A stretch of DNA of 64,000 nt, from contig JABJFC010000063.1 of the NCBI GenBank assembly GCA_018662925.1, positions 3,826-67,825 on the forward strand, in the 5' to 3' direction. The position numbers and the translations under genes were made by a program. This document shows, piece after piece, positions 42,615-52,459 of the stretch. Position 1 is the stretch's first letter; every line of letters starts with the position of its first letter. The notes beneath the pieces are model-generated. The model saw only the letters and a program-made list of their open reading frames with translations, did not search any database and had not been told where the DNA came from. Source of the stretch: Alphaproteobacteria bacterium. GTDB taxonomy: Bacteria; Pseudomonadota; Alphaproteobacteria; 16-39-46; JABJFC01.

Positions 42615-42862
42615 TTTTCACCTCTCAAGCTCAAAAAGATAGTTATAAAATTCAACAAGCGAGCTTTCAGAAAAAGGTCACTTTTTTATTAGATATGTTA
42701 GCACTAGATCCTTTCTCAAATCCTCCCACTTATGAGAAATTAAAAGGGAAGTTAGAGGGTTTTTATTCAAGAAGGATTAACATCCAACATCGGCTTATTT
42801 ACAAGATTTACACTGAGGATAAAATTGTTCAAATAATTCGCATGTGGACGCATTATGAATAG
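42578..42862 (+). CDS. Type II toxin, YoeB/Txe family (second copy)
   Basis: WKIVFTSQAQKDSYKI...LKGKLEGFYSRRINIQHRLIYKI...IRMWTHYE parallels YoeB. The likely real start is TTG 42599, 9 nt after GGAGGG, overlapping the antitoxin stop. Confidence 0.7.
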   Translation: MYGGNRLLAWKIVFTSQAQKDSYKIQQASFQKKVTFLLDMLALDPFSNPPTYEKLKGKLEGFYSRRINIQHRLIYKIYTEDKIVQIIRMWTHYE

Positions 42863-42908
42863 TAATACTATCCAGTACAGCCTTTAAGCCTAGCTTTTAA
42901 TATGTGGG

Positions 42909-43535
42909 TTAACTTTTCTGCTTTCTGAAGCCAAAAAAGGAAAATTCCTTCAATTTCTGTTTTATTCGGGGGATTTTGAGAACTTCATTAATGCGTCGGT
43001 CAATAAATTCGTGGGTATCTTCATATCCCTCTGAAGTGTCGTTTAACCAAAATAGTAAGGACGACGTATAGACCCAGCTGAGAAGTCCTCGTTTGGTATA
43101 AAAATTAAAGTCCGTGGAGGTATCTCCGGCTAGTCGCCATATGGTGTCGACGGTACGATAGACGGTCTTGAGAGCCAGTTTTTTGTGGGTCAAAGGCACA
43201 AAATAGCTTTGGGTTTTTAAGGCAACAGACCGATAAGGATCTAAAATTTCCAGGCGTGTTTTGACGGCAAGGCTAATGCGCTCCCTGATTTTTAGGCTGT
43301 CAAAGTCAGAGCTTTCCAGGCGTTGTTTCATTTTTTCATCAATATGATTGGAAAAAATCTCAATGGCTTGCTCAACACCTCTTGGAAAGAAAGCCCTAAA
43401 CAAGGCTGGATCATGGCCCAAACTTTGGAGGGCCTTTTGAAGGGCTGAGGTTGTCCAGCCTTCAGAAGACACATGGTCCAATGCCTTTAAAACAGTTTCA
43501 GATCTGATTTTCTCAAGAGACTTTTCTTTTGTCAT
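42909..43535 (-). CDS. COQ9-like / rpsU-divergently-transcribed family protein (tentative)
   Basis: 208 aa, all-helical. Its N-terminus resembles the TetR-like fold of the COQ9 family. Assignment is from memory only. Confidence 0.4.
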   Translation of the reverse strand: MTKEKSLEKIRSETVLKALDHVSSEGWTTSALQKALQSLGHDPALFRAFFPRGVEQAIEIFSNHIDEKMKQRLESSDFDSLKIRERISLAVKTRLEILDPYRSVALKTQSYFVPLTHKKLALKTVYRTVDTIWRLAGDTSTDFNFYTKRGLLSWVYTSSLLFWLNDTSEGYEDTHEFIDRRINEVLKIPRIKQKLKEFSFFGFRKQKS

Positions 43536-44022
43536 TTTGCATGGTCGCTTGTTGTTGTTCCCACTCTAAGAGCTGTTCTTTGATGGAGATTCCCCAACGA
43601 TAGCCTCGGAGGGCTCCATTTTTTCCTATGACGCGATGACACGGAATAAGGACTGAGATGTTATTTCTGCCAATGGCAGAGGCCACTGCTCGTGTTCCTT
43701 GCGGGTTCCCTATTGTTTTTGCAATGTCTTCGTATGTGCAAGTTTCTCCATAGGGAATTTCTTCTAGTGCTTTCCAGACCATTTTTTGAAAGGCTGTTCC
43801 CGTTTGGTTTGTCGGAAAGGAATGGTCAGAACTGGAAAAAATATCTGCAATAAGTTCTTCAGCTGCTTCGTTATTTTTATCATAATTCCAATAGGTTAAG
43901 CTGGAAAAGGAAGATTTAGCTCCAAAACCTAAAAACACGATCTGTCCGTTTTCAACACCGACAAAGGTGTTGCCAACAGGCGAATTTCCAAACCCACAAA
44001 AGGTGTTTGGAGCGCTACGCAA
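43513..44022 (-). CDS. ogt: Methylated-DNA--protein-cysteine methyltransferase
   Basis: Active-site IPCHRVIG. 169 aa. Confidence 0.85.
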   Translation of the reverse strand: MRSAPNTFCGFGNSPVGNTFVGVENGQIVFLGFGAKSSFSSLTYWNYDKNNEAAEELIADIFSSSDHSFPTNQTGTAFQKMVWKALEEIPYGETCTYEDIAKTIGNPQGTRAVASAIGRNNISVLIPCHRVIGKNGALRGYRWGISIKEQLLEWEQQQATMQNDKRKVS

Positions 44023-45406
44023 CTTTTTGTTCCGATTGTAGGAGGGCCTGCTTTATTTTATTAATGGTGCTTTTAAGCAAAGAAGTATTTTCTCCTTCGA
44101 CCATGATGCGGAGAAGGGGCTCTGTGCCGGAGGGGCGTATCAAAATCCGTCCTTCATTTGCTAGGGAGTCTTCACACTCTCTAACGACACTTTGAAAAAC
44201 GGAGGAGTCTAAGATAGTTTTATCATCTATGGGGACACTTTCCAGAATTTGAGGAAGGGGATCATATATTTTGTTAATGGAGCGAGCGGGTTTATCGCTA
44301 TCTACCAAAACAGCCAGAACCTGAAGGGCCGCGATAAGGCCATCTCCGGTGGTTGTATAATCTCCACAAATAATATGGCCTGATTGTTCCCCTCCAAGAT
44401 TTAACCCCTCAGCGCGCATCTCGGAACAAACGTAGCGATCTCCGACCTTTGACCTGAACATTTTAATGCCTTGAGAGTGGAGATATTTTTCCAGGCCCAT
44501 ATTAGACATAACGGTGGCAACTAAGGCATTGCTTTTAAGCTTTCCCTGATTTTTCCAGGACGTTGCGATGGCAGCAAGAATCTTGTCGCCATCTATTATG
44601 CTACCTATTTCATCCACAAGAATAAGTCTATCGGCATCCCCATCAAGTGCGATTCCAATATCTGCATTGTGTTCTTTGACGGTTTGGATAAGCTTGTCTG
44701 GCATCGTTGCGCCGCAATCTTTATTGATGTTGCACCCATCTGGGGTATCCCCAATAGCGATGACGTCGGCACCTAATTCCCAAAAGACACTAGGGGCAAC
44801 CTTATATCCTGCACCGTGGGCACAGTCGACGACAATCCTGAGTCCATCAAGTCGGAGACCTTTTGGGAACGTGTTTTTGACGAATTCGATATAACGCCCT
44901 TGAGCGTCATCCAGGCGTCGTGCGCGTCCTAGGCGAGAGGGAGCTGCAAGAGCTTTCTGTGGGCCTTCTGCGAAATTTTCTTCAATGCGGGCTTCTATAT
45001 GATCGGGTAGTTTATGACCATCAGGCCCAAAGAACTTTAAACCATTATCCTTATAGGGATTGTGGGAGGCAGTTATCATTACGCCTAGGTCAGCTCGGAG
45101 TGTTCGGGTTAGCATGGAAATGGCAGAAGTAGGCATGGGGCCGACGAGAACCACATCCATACCAATAGATATAAATCCTGCGGTTAATGCTGGCTCAATC
45201 ATATAGCCAGACAACCGAGTGTCTTTCCCAATAACAACTGTGTGATGGGCTAAATCTCGGAGAAATTCTTGCCCAACGGCTTGGGCAATACGTAAGACGA
45301 TATCTGCAGTAATGGGGGCTTTATTTGCCATTCCCCGAACACCATCTGTCCCAAATAAATTTTGGGATGTGCTAGAATATTTAGAGTTTTCGGGCTTCTT
45401 TTTCAT
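44015..45406 (-). CDS. glmM: Phosphoglucosamine mutase
   Basis: Active-site serine loop ITASHNPYKDNG. 463 aa. Confidence 0.95.
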   Translation of the reverse strand: MKKKPENSKYSSTSQNLFGTDGVRGMANKAPITADIVLRIAQAVGQEFLRDLAHHTVVIGKDTRLSGYMIEPALTAGFISIGMDVVLVGPMPTSAISMLTRTLRADLGVMITASHNPYKDNGLKFFGPDGHKLPDHIEARIEENFAEGPQKALAAPSRLGRARRLDDAQGRYIEFVKNTFPKGLRLDGLRIVVDCAHGAGYKVAPSVFWELGADVIAIGDTPDGCNINKDCGATMPDKLIQTVKEHNADIGIALDGDADRLILVDEIGSIIDGDKILAAIATSWKNQGKLKSNALVATVMSNMGLEKYLHSQGIKMFRSKVGDRYVCSEMRAEGLNLGGEQSGHIICGDYTTTGDGLIAALQVLAVLVDSDKPARSINKIYDPLPQILESVPIDDKTILDSSVFQSVVRECEDSLANEGRILIRPSGTEPLLRIMVEGENTSLLKSTINKIKQALLQSEQKVA

Positions 45407-45427
45407 GGATATCTGCCAAAGAAATAA

Positions 45428-47365
45428 TTAAACACCGGGTTCAGGTTCGGGCTTTATGGGGCGCGGTATTTTCTTTTGAGTGCTCGTAGGCATGGAGCTC
45501 TTTTTAGGAGCGGATGTTTTCTTGCCTTTTGGTTTTTTTGCGCCATTTTCTTCTGGACGTGAGAGAGTTTTTCCAGAAATAACTTCCTTAATTTCATCAC
45601 CACTCAGCGTTTCGTATTCGAGGAGAGCTTTTGCTAATATGTGCAATTGCTTCTCATTTTTCACCAATATCTTCTTGGCTGTGTCAAAGGATTGATCCAC
45701 AATGGATCTTATCTCAGAATCAATAACATTTGCGGTCTCATTAGAGACGTTTTTATGTTGGGTGACGCTATGCCCCAAAAACACTTCATGGTCCGGTTCT
45801 CCATAGGTAAGAGGTCCTAACTTGTCACTCATTCCCCATTCGGTAACCATCTTGCGGGCGATGTTGGTTGCTTGTTGAATATCAGAGGCAGCTCCAGTCG
45901 TCACCTTGCTTTTTCCAAAGATAAGTTCCTCGGCAATACGTCCTCCCATGGCGACAGCCAAATCAGCCAGTAGTCTAGATCTGGGCATAGAGATGCGGTC
46001 ATTTTCTGGCAGGCGCATAACCATCCCAAGGGCGCGACCTCGAGGAACAATAGTTGCTTTGTGAATGGGATCTGAATCTGGAAGATGAATTCCAACCAGA
46101 GCATGCCCGGCCTCATGATAAGCAGTCAGTTTTTTCTCTTCTTCGGTCATAACCATAGAGCGACGTTCTGCCCCCATCATGACTTTGTCTTTGGCTTCTT
46201 CTAGATCCAGCATGCTAATGGTCGGCTTGTTTTTTCGTGCTGCTAAAAGGGCGGCCTCATTGACGATGTTTTCTAAATCGGCTCCTGAAAAACCAGGTGT
46301 ACCCCGGGCAATCACTTTGGGTTGTACATCGGCAGCAAGTTTGACTTTTTTCATGTGGACTAGCAGGATTTTTTCGCGACCAGCAACATCTGGACTCGGA
46401 ACAACAACTTGTCGATCAAATCGTCCAGGCCTTAAGAGAGCAGTATCAAGAACATCTGGCCGGTTTGTTGCGGCTACTAGAATAATTCCTTCATTACTTT
46501 CAAATCCATCCATCTCGACCAAGAGTTGGTTGAGGGTTTGCTCACGTTCGTCATTGCCGCCACCAAGGCCGGCACCACGATGTCGGCCTACAGCATCAAT
46601 TTCATCGATAAAGACGATGCACGGCGCATTCTTCTTGGCTTGTTCGAACATGTCTCTGACTCGGCTGGCTCCTACACCAACAAACATCTCTACAAAGTCA
46701 GATCCTGAAATAGAGAAAAACGGAACGTTCGCTTCTCCTGAAATGGCGCGTGCAAGAAGGGTTTTTCCTGTCCCAGGGGGACCAACCAACAGGACTCCTT
46801 TAGGGATTCTTCCCCCCAAACGTTCATACTTTCTCGGATCTTTCAAAAAATCCACGATTTCTTCTAGTTCAAATTTAGCTTCGTCAATACCGGCTACATC
46901 TTTAAAGGTTATCCGGTTTTTGTTTTCAGAGAGAAGACGGGCACGGGAGCGACCAAATCCCATAACTTTTCCACCTCCTCCTTGCATTTGCTTAAAGAAG
47001 AAAGCCCAAACACCAACGATTAACAAAACGGGAAGGAGTGAGAGAAAAATCTGAAAGATAGAGACTTCCTCTTCGAGAGGAGCTGCCATAATTTTGACAT
47101 CTTGTTTGCTTAACTTATCAACAAGTCCAGGATCGTTAGGGGTATAGGTTGCAAACTGGGTTCCATCGGAAAGTTTTCCTGTGACAGTGTTGCCCTTTAT
47201 GAGAACTTCTTGAACGTTTCCGCGGTCCACATTATTCAGAAAATCGGAAAATGCGAGGGTATTAGAAGAAGTTCTTTGTCCACCGCCTTGGAAAATATTA
47301 AAGAGGGCAATAAGGAACAAGCCTAAGATCAGCCACAAAATCAAGTTTTTATTGAAATTATTCAC
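45428..47365 (-). CDS. ftsH: ATP-dependent zinc metalloprotease FtsH
   Basis: Two N-terminal TM helices, AAA+ domain (GPPGTGKT) and zinc site HEAGHAL. Confidence 0.95.
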   Translation of the reverse strand: MNNFNKNLILWLILGLFLIALFNIFQGGGQRTSSNTLAFSDFLNNVDRGNVQEVLIKGNTVTGKLSDGTQFATYTPNDPGLVDKLSKQDVKIMAAPLEEEVSIFQIFLSLLPVLLIVGVWAFFFKQMQGGGGKVMGFGRSRARLLSENKNRITFKDVAGIDEAKFELEEIVDFLKDPRKYERLGGRIPKGVLLVGPPGTGKTLLARAISGEANVPFFSISGSDFVEMFVGVGASRVRDMFEQAKKNAPCIVFIDEIDAVGRHRGAGLGGGNDEREQTLNQLLVEMDGFESNEGIILVAATNRPDVLDTALLRPGRFDRQVVVPSPDVAGREKILLVHMKKVKLAADVQPKVIARGTPGFSGADLENIVNEAALLAARKNKPTISMLDLEEAKDKVMMGAERRSMVMTEEEKKLTAYHEAGHALVGIHLPDSDPIHKATIVPRGRALGMVMRLPENDRISMPRSRLLADLAVAMGGRIAEELIFGKSKVTTGAASDIQQATNIARKMVTEWGMSDKLGPLTYGEPDHEVFLGHSVTQHKNVSNETANVIDSEIRSIVDQSFDTAKKILVKNEKQLHILAKALLEYETLSGDEIKEVISGKTLSRPEENGAKKPKGKKTSAPKKSSMPTSTQKKIPRPIKPEPEPGV

Positions 47366-47440
47366 TCTCTACCCTCGTTTACCTAACATTCTCTAGACTA
47401 CAAATTATAAGACTATTTTTGAAAATATGATACTCAAAAT

Positions 47441-48829
47441 TTAGGGGAACTCTGGGTATCTTTCATGGGAAAAATAGGGTGGTTTCCCTAAAGCATAGGT
47501 TGGGGCAAAACCAACCAATTGCAGTCCTAATTTCTCCAATTTCGTCAGACCGTATCTTATATGGGGTACACTGACAAGCTTTTCTTTGTTCCAGATGGCT
47601 GGGAGCGTGTATAACACGGGCCCTGGTATGTTTTCCTGCGGCTCTGTTGGGCAAAAATCCGCAGGTAAGATATGCAGCCCCTTTTCTCCAAAAGGTCTTA
47701 CGAGATATTGAGAGTCTTGTGGCAGAGATTTTATGCTTTTAAACATGAAACGTTCATTCCACACAAAATGGGAGTCAGTATGGGGTATGGGGAACGCCTC
47801 TGGAATTTGGATTGCTTCTCGACAGATAATAATTGTTTTTTTCCTGGGCAAAAAGTAGCAATTTCCCAGTGTTTTGGGGTTTTCTTCCCGTTGCAGCGCT
47901 TTCAGAAGCGGCTCCAGGCTTTTTTGACGGGGAGGATAAGCATTGCCTCCAATACATTGGATCGTTCTCATAAGAACGCGAAGGGCGATATCTTTGGGGG
48001 TATCTTCTAGAGCGGATTTTTTTAGAGAAATATAGCCTTCACCATGAAGTGAGGCATTTCTGACGAGAACATCATTTACTATTTCATCCAGGGCTGCTCG
48101 AGAAAGGCCAGAGCGATAGGCAACTTGAGCGAGTCTGGAGGCCGTTCCTCCTTCAGACTCCAAACTGGACAAGATCTTACGTAATCTTGAGCGCGTAAAT
48201 TTGTCACTTTGATTGCTGGGATCGTCCAAGAATGCTTGGTGTCTTTGGGATAATGTTGCCATTAGGCGCACTTTAGAGATGGTAAGCAGAGGGCGAATAA
48301 CACGAACATGGTCATGTTCCACAACAGGTGCAATCCCAGCAAGGCCATCGAGGCCTGTTCCGTGTAGGAAACGATCTAAAACTGTTTCTACTTGGTCTTC
48401 TTGATGGTGCCCTAAAAGAAGGTGCAAAATTCCATTCTTATAACAAAAAGTTTTCAGCAAATTATAACGAGCTTTTCTTGCTTCTTCCTGGATACGTGTT
48501 TGTGGCTTCTCTCCTTTCCAGGTCAAAATATGATGTTCGATGGCATGGGCTTGGAGCCAGGATTTGACTGTTTCGGCTTCTGACTTTGATTCTGGACGGA
48601 GGCCGTGATCAACTGTAAGGGCGATAACTTTTCCTGAATGCGCCTTGGCCCAATCGTTCGCTAAAAGGCACAGGGAGAGGCTATCACTTCCCCCTGAAAC
48701 GCCAACAGCAACTGTTGGACAGGATTCATAGTCCAAATCCATAAGAGATTCAAATTCCTTGCTGCCTAATGGAGCACAAGGCTCAGACCGAGAATCGAAA
48801 GAAGATGTGAGCGCGTTAAGAACAGCCAA
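47441..48829 (-). CDS. tilS: tRNA(Ile)-lysidine synthetase
   Basis: PP-loop SGGSDS. 462 aa. Lies upstream of ftsH as in other alphaproteobacteria. Confidence 0.85.
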   Translation of the reverse strand: MAVLNALTSSFDSRSEPCAPLGSKEFESLMDLDYESCPTVAVGVSGGSDSLSLCLLANDWAKAHSGKVIALTVDHGLRPESKSEAETVKSWLQAHAIEHHILTWKGEKPQTRIQEEARKARYNLLKTFCYKNGILHLLLGHHQEDQVETVLDRFLHGTGLDGLAGIAPVVEHDHVRVIRPLLTISKVRLMATLSQRHQAFLDDPSNQSDKFTRSRLRKILSSLESEGGTASRLAQVAYRSGLSRAALDEIVNDVLVRNASLHGEGYISLKKSALEDTPKDIALRVLMRTIQCIGGNAYPPRQKSLEPLLKALQREENPKTLGNCYFLPRKKTIIICREAIQIPEAFPIPHTDSHFVWNERFMFKSIKSLPQDSQYLVRPFGEKGLHILPADFCPTEPQENIPGPVLYTLPAIWNKEKLVSVPHIRYGLTKLEKLGLQLVGFAPTYALGKPPYFSHERYPEFP

Positions 48830-49760
48830 GGCGGCTTTTTTCCTCTTCAGCCATCTTTTTAATAGAGCCAGATGTTAAGGGAAAAGTTGTCGATAGCTTC
48901 TTAAGAGAGGCGCAAGCTTCTTGCTTTTTACCCAAATGCCTAAGGCATTTACTGAGCTTTAAGAGGCTTTCTGGTTGTTTCGGATGTTTAGGGTAGTTTT
49001 TGAAGACTGTCAAAAAAGCCGCGGAGGCATCAGAGTAATTTTGTTGAGCAAAGAAAGTTTCACCAATCCAGTATTGAGCATTTCCAGCCAAGGGGTCCCT
49101 AGGGTGATCTTTTAGGAAAGTTGACAAAACAGCCTGGGCCCTTGGAAAATCTCCTTTTTTAAGAAGGCTCTGGGCGTAATTATATTGTTCTGCGGCCGTC
49201 GTGGGCAGAGGGTCATGCAGTGGTTGACTTACAATCTCCGTCGATTCTTCATCAGGCCGGGATGGCATTTGTAGTAAATTCTTATCGGGTTTTGTCAGAT
49301 CAATCCTAAGGGGTTCTTCTCTTTCTTCAATAATATCTTCCCTGGGAGCTTTCCTTTCCAATTTTTTCATGGGGAGACGTGACTGAACAATTTTTTTATC
49401 CTCAGACACTTGGTGCTTTTCATCCATCTGTTCCATTTTATCGACCAATTTATCCATGGTGCGATTTGTCCTTTCCAGGAGCCTTGTGAGACGATTGTTT
49501 TCTTTTTCGAGGGCTTGAACCCTTTGAGCCATCTCTTTTATTTCAGTTGGGGAATGCTTAACTGAGATAGATTCAACTTCGTCTTCCTCATCCGAATCGT
49601 CCATACGGACAAGTTTTTCCTCGATACGATCCAGTTTGCGAATGATGCTGTTCATATCCTTTTGACGCGCGTCCGTAGGATGCGTATAAAAACTTGCCAA
49701 AAATATGATGAGCCCGAAACAGGCTAGGAATTTTTTGAAATAAAAGTTCATGTCCACCAT
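48816..49760 (-). CDS. cpoB: Tol-Pal system protein CpoB/YbgF
   Basis: Signal peptide and coiled-coil region. C-terminal TPR block (YNYAQSLLKKGDFPRAQAVLSTFLKDHPRDPLAGNAQYWIGE...) matches CpoB. Upstream of tilS-ftsH. Confidence 0.8.
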   Translation of the reverse strand: MVDMNFYFKKFLACFGLIIFLASFYTHPTDARQKDMNSIIRKLDRIEEKLVRMDDSDEEDEVESISVKHSPTEIKEMAQRVQALEKENNRLTRLLERTNRTMDKLVDKMEQMDEKHQVSEDKKIVQSRLPMKKLERKAPREDIIEEREEPLRIDLTKPDKNLLQMPSRPDEESTEIVSQPLHDPLPTTAAEQYNYAQSLLKKGDFPRAQAVLSTFLKDHPRDPLAGNAQYWIGETFFAQQNYSDASAAFLTVFKNYPKHPKQPESLLKLSKCLRHLGKKQEACASLKKLSTTFPLTSGSIKKMAEEEKSRLGCS

Positions 49761-49875
49761 GTGTCCTCATAAATGTATCCGTGGGCGCATCATAGGATGA
49801 GTCATCTCAAATTGCAATAAGAAGGAGATTTTAAGGCTTCGCCCATTTTTAAGAGTGATGTAGAGGTAGCAGCCA

Positions 49876-50253
49876 CTAGGGAAAGTATACAGCGTATTTT
49901 TTGAGAAGTTTATTAAGTTCAACAAATTCAAATTTTTTCTCTGAAAATAATTGCATTGTTTTTTTGTAGAGCTCATCTGAATCGGCTATTATCCTATACT
50001 TATTTAGTCTCAAAAAAACGTCAACAGAAGCAAAAGAAACGCGCTTATTTCCATCGAGAAATGGGTGATTGATTGCTAGACTTTCCATTAGCGCGGCAGC
50101 TTCCTCGATAATATTTTCATAATATCCACATTGAGGTCTGAAGCATGCTGATTCCAAAGCTCCAGGATCTCTTATTCCAGCAGTACCACCATACTGGTCA
50201 ATGAGAATTCTGTGAAGAGAAGCGATCTCAAGTACCGTTAGATATCTTCTCAT
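49876..50253 (-). CDS. doc: Doc (death-on-curing) family toxin, Fic fold
   Basis: HPFLDGNKRV is the Doc-type variant of the Fic motif HxFx(D/N)GNKR. 125 aa. Confidence 0.8.
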   Translation of the reverse strand: MRRYLTVLEIASLHRILIDQYGGTAGIRDPGALESACFRPQCGYYENIIEEAAALMESLAINHPFLDGNKRVSFASVDVFLRLNKYRIIADSDELYKKTMQLFSEKKFEFVELNKLLKKYAVYFP

Positions 50254-50479
50254 CGCTAGCTAGCTTTTTGTACAGTGAATCAAATTCGCTAACGCTTTCG
50301 GCTAAAGCTTTAAGAACGTCTTTGCGAGGATTTTTACCTTCTCGTTTCGCAATATAGTCTCTCAGGGCTTCATCCAGTAAGCCTTGAAGCTGCCGACCCT
50401 CCTCTTTTGCAAGCTGTCTCACTGTTGCTAATAATGTAGGGTCTGCCTGAGAAGCAAATTTCTCTTTTCTTGTTTCCAT
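50228..50479 (-). CDS. Antitoxin of the Doc module, probable ribbon-helix-helix fold
   Basis: 83 aa. KFASQADPTLLATV then RQLAKEEGRQLQGLLDEALRDYIAK fits a beta-strand-helix-helix (RHH) pattern. Overlaps the doc start by 26 bp. Confidence 0.6.
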   Translation of the reverse strand: METRKEKFASQADPTLLATVRQLAKEEGRQLQGLLDEALRDYIAKREGKNPRKDVLKALAESVSEFDSLYKKLASDEKISNGT

Positions 50480-50513
50480 ATCTCTTCTCTCCTTACTACA
50501 CCTAACATACTAT

Positions 50514-50540
50514 CATGAAACATCAAGAAACATCAAGAAA
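50514..50540 (-). promoter_or_regulatory. Tandem direct repeats (CATCAAGAAA x2 plus a degenerate third copy) upstream of the RHH-doc operon
   Basis: 50521-50540 is a perfect 10-bp tandem, and 50514-50520 is a degenerate extra copy. Lies 42 bp upstream of the antitoxin start in the 62-bp gap after nth. Confidence 0.45.
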
Positions 50541-50541
50541 T

Positions 50542-51192
50542 TTAACTTATTATTTTATCATTATATTTGCACAGATCCTTGACGGGGCAATGGGGACACA
50601 GGGGCTTTCGTGCTTTGCAGGTATAACGACCATGGAGGATAAGCCAATGATGGGCATAGAATCGCCATTTTTTCGGAACAATTTTTTCTAAGGCTCTTTC
50701 CACATCAAAAGGGGTTTTTCCAGGCGCAAGCCCAGTGCGGTTCGAGACGCGAAAGATGTGGGTATCAACGGCAATGGTATCTTGACCAAAGGCTACATTG
50801 AGAACTACGTTGGCCGTTTTGCGGCCCACCCCGGGAAGGTCCTCTAGTGCTTCGCGGCTTTCGGGCACATTACCATTGTGTTTCTCCAAAAGCTTTTGAC
50901 TTAATCCAATTATATTTTTTGCCTTTGTTTTATATAGGCCAATGGTTTTGACATAGTCTCTGACTTTTTCTTCGCCGAGTTGAAGCATTTTTTCGGGGGT
51001 GTCTGCGATAGCAAATAGAGCAGGAGTTGCTTTGTTGACGCCTTTATCCGTTGCTTGAGCCGAAAGGACTACTGCAATTAAAAGCGTGTAGGAATTTGTG
51101 TACTGCAGCTCACTTTTGGGTGTAGGCCTTTCTTTAGAAAGACGTTCAAAGAAAGAATCAACTTCTTGCACGGTGAAAGTTTTAGGTTTCAT
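50542..51192 (-). CDS. nth: Endonuclease III
   Basis: HhH-GPD motif [13 protein letters not shown] and the 4Fe-4S cluster CxxxxxxCxxCxxxxxC. Overlaps dnaJ by 4 bp. Confidence 0.9.
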   Translation of the reverse strand: MKPKTFTVQEVDSFFERLSKERPTPKSELQYTNSYTLLIAVVLSAQATDKGVNKATPALFAIADTPEKMLQLGEEKVRDYVKTIGLYKTKAKNIIGLSQKLLEKHNGNVPESREALEDLPGVGRKTANVVLNVAFGQDTIAVDTHIFRVSNRTGLAPGKTPFDVERALEKIVPKKWRFYAHHWLILHGRYTCKARKPLCPHCPVKDLCKYNDKIIS

Positions 51193-52388
51193 ACACCTTT
51201 TTTAAAACAGATAGAAGTTGGGTGCAAGGCATTCCAAATCTCTCTCATTCCTGAGAGAAACCCAAAGATCCTAGCACTCAATTTTTCCCTTTTTTTTGGT
51301 TTTTTTGAGGAGCTGTCACTGTCAAACTCCCGGAGGATTTCTTTCTGTCTTTTTGTGAGTTTTGACGGGGTTTCCACATGCACTTGGACAAACATGCTTC
51401 CACGGGAGCTGCCTTTAAGGGATGACATTCCTTTATGTGATAGACGGAAGTTTTGGCCACTTTGGGTCCCCTCGGGGATTTTCAGGGTTACGTTGGTTCC
51501 TTCAATAGTTGGAACTTCAACGCTTCCGCCCAGAGCAGCTCGCGCCATAGAGATGGTTGATGTGCAGTAAAGATCTTGTTTGTCCCTCTCAAAATAAGCA
51601 TGAGGTTTTACATGGACAAAAATGTATAAATCTCCTGCTTGGGCGCCTCGAAGACCCATATCGCCTTCGCTAGATAGCCGGATGCGTGCGCCCGTATCTA
51701 CACCAGCTGGAATTTTAACGGCAAGTGTTTTTTCTTTCCGGATGCGACCCGTACTTCGACAGCTTTTACAGGGATCGGTAATGGTTTCTCCAGATCCTTG
51801 GCAAGTCGGGCAAGCCCGTTCCATCATAAAAAAGCCTTGTTGAGAACGAACTTTTCCCGATCCACTACATGTGGAACAGGTGTCGGGATCAGAGCCTTTC
51901 GCGCTTCCAGAGCCGTCGCATTCTTCACAGGAGGATAACGATTGAAAATTAATGTTTTTCGTACATCCGCTAAAGGCTTCTTCTAAGGTAATTTCGATGT
52001 CGTATCGAAGATCATCCCCTCTCCGAGAAGGCTGTTGTCTTTGCTGACCCGTAAAGTTTTCAAAAATGTCTTCAAACATGTCTGAAAAACCAGCATTTCC
52101 AAAATCGAATTGAAAATCAAATCCACCCATGCCGCCAGGACCACCTGCACCGTGACCGCCTTGAAAGGCTTGGTGTCCATAACGATCGTAGGCAGCTTTC
52201 TTTTGGGAATCTTTCAACACTTCATAAGCTTCGGAGATGTCTTTGAACTTTTGTTCCGAAGCCTTATCTCCCTGATTTTTATCAGGATGGTATTTCATGG
52301 CTAGCTTTCGGTAAGCCTTTTTAATTTCATCGTGGGAGGCTGAACGGGCAACACCGAGCAGTTCATAATAATCTTGTTTAGCCATCAA
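51189..52388 (-). CDS. dnaJ: Chaperone DnaJ
   Basis: J domain with HPD, G/F region and four CxxCxGxG zinc repeats. Confidence 0.95.
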   Translation of the reverse strand: MMAKQDYYELLGVARSASHDEIKKAYRKLAMKYHPDKNQGDKASEQKFKDISEAYEVLKDSQKKAAYDRYGHQAFQGGHGAGGPGGMGGFDFQFDFGNAGFSDMFEDIFENFTGQQRQQPSRRGDDLRYDIEITLEEAFSGCTKNINFQSLSSCEECDGSGSAKGSDPDTCSTCSGSGKVRSQQGFFMMERACPTCQGSGETITDPCKSCRSTGRIRKEKTLAVKIPAGVDTGARIRLSSEGDMGLRGAQAGDLYIFVHVKPHAYFERDKQDLYCTSTISMARAALGGSVEVPTIEGTNVTLKIPEGTQSGQNFRLSHKGMSSLKGSSRGSMFVQVHVETPSKLTKRQKEILREFDSDSSSKKPKKREKLSARIFGFLSGMREIWNALHPTSICFKKGV

Positions 52389-52459
52389 TCAATTCCATCC
52401 GGTATTCAATATATATAAACCCCTCCCGTTTATAAGCGGGAGGGGGCTTTAGCTATTGT

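Noticed and set aside
46179-47054. 291-aa ORF antisense to ftsH
   Set aside because: Entirely inside the well-supported ftsH CDS on the opposite strand. Ser/Arg/Pro-rich translation typical of antisense frames. No RBS or homology.
49767-49976. 69-aa ORF overlapping the doc 3' end
   Set aside because: Overlaps doc on the same strand in another frame. No support.
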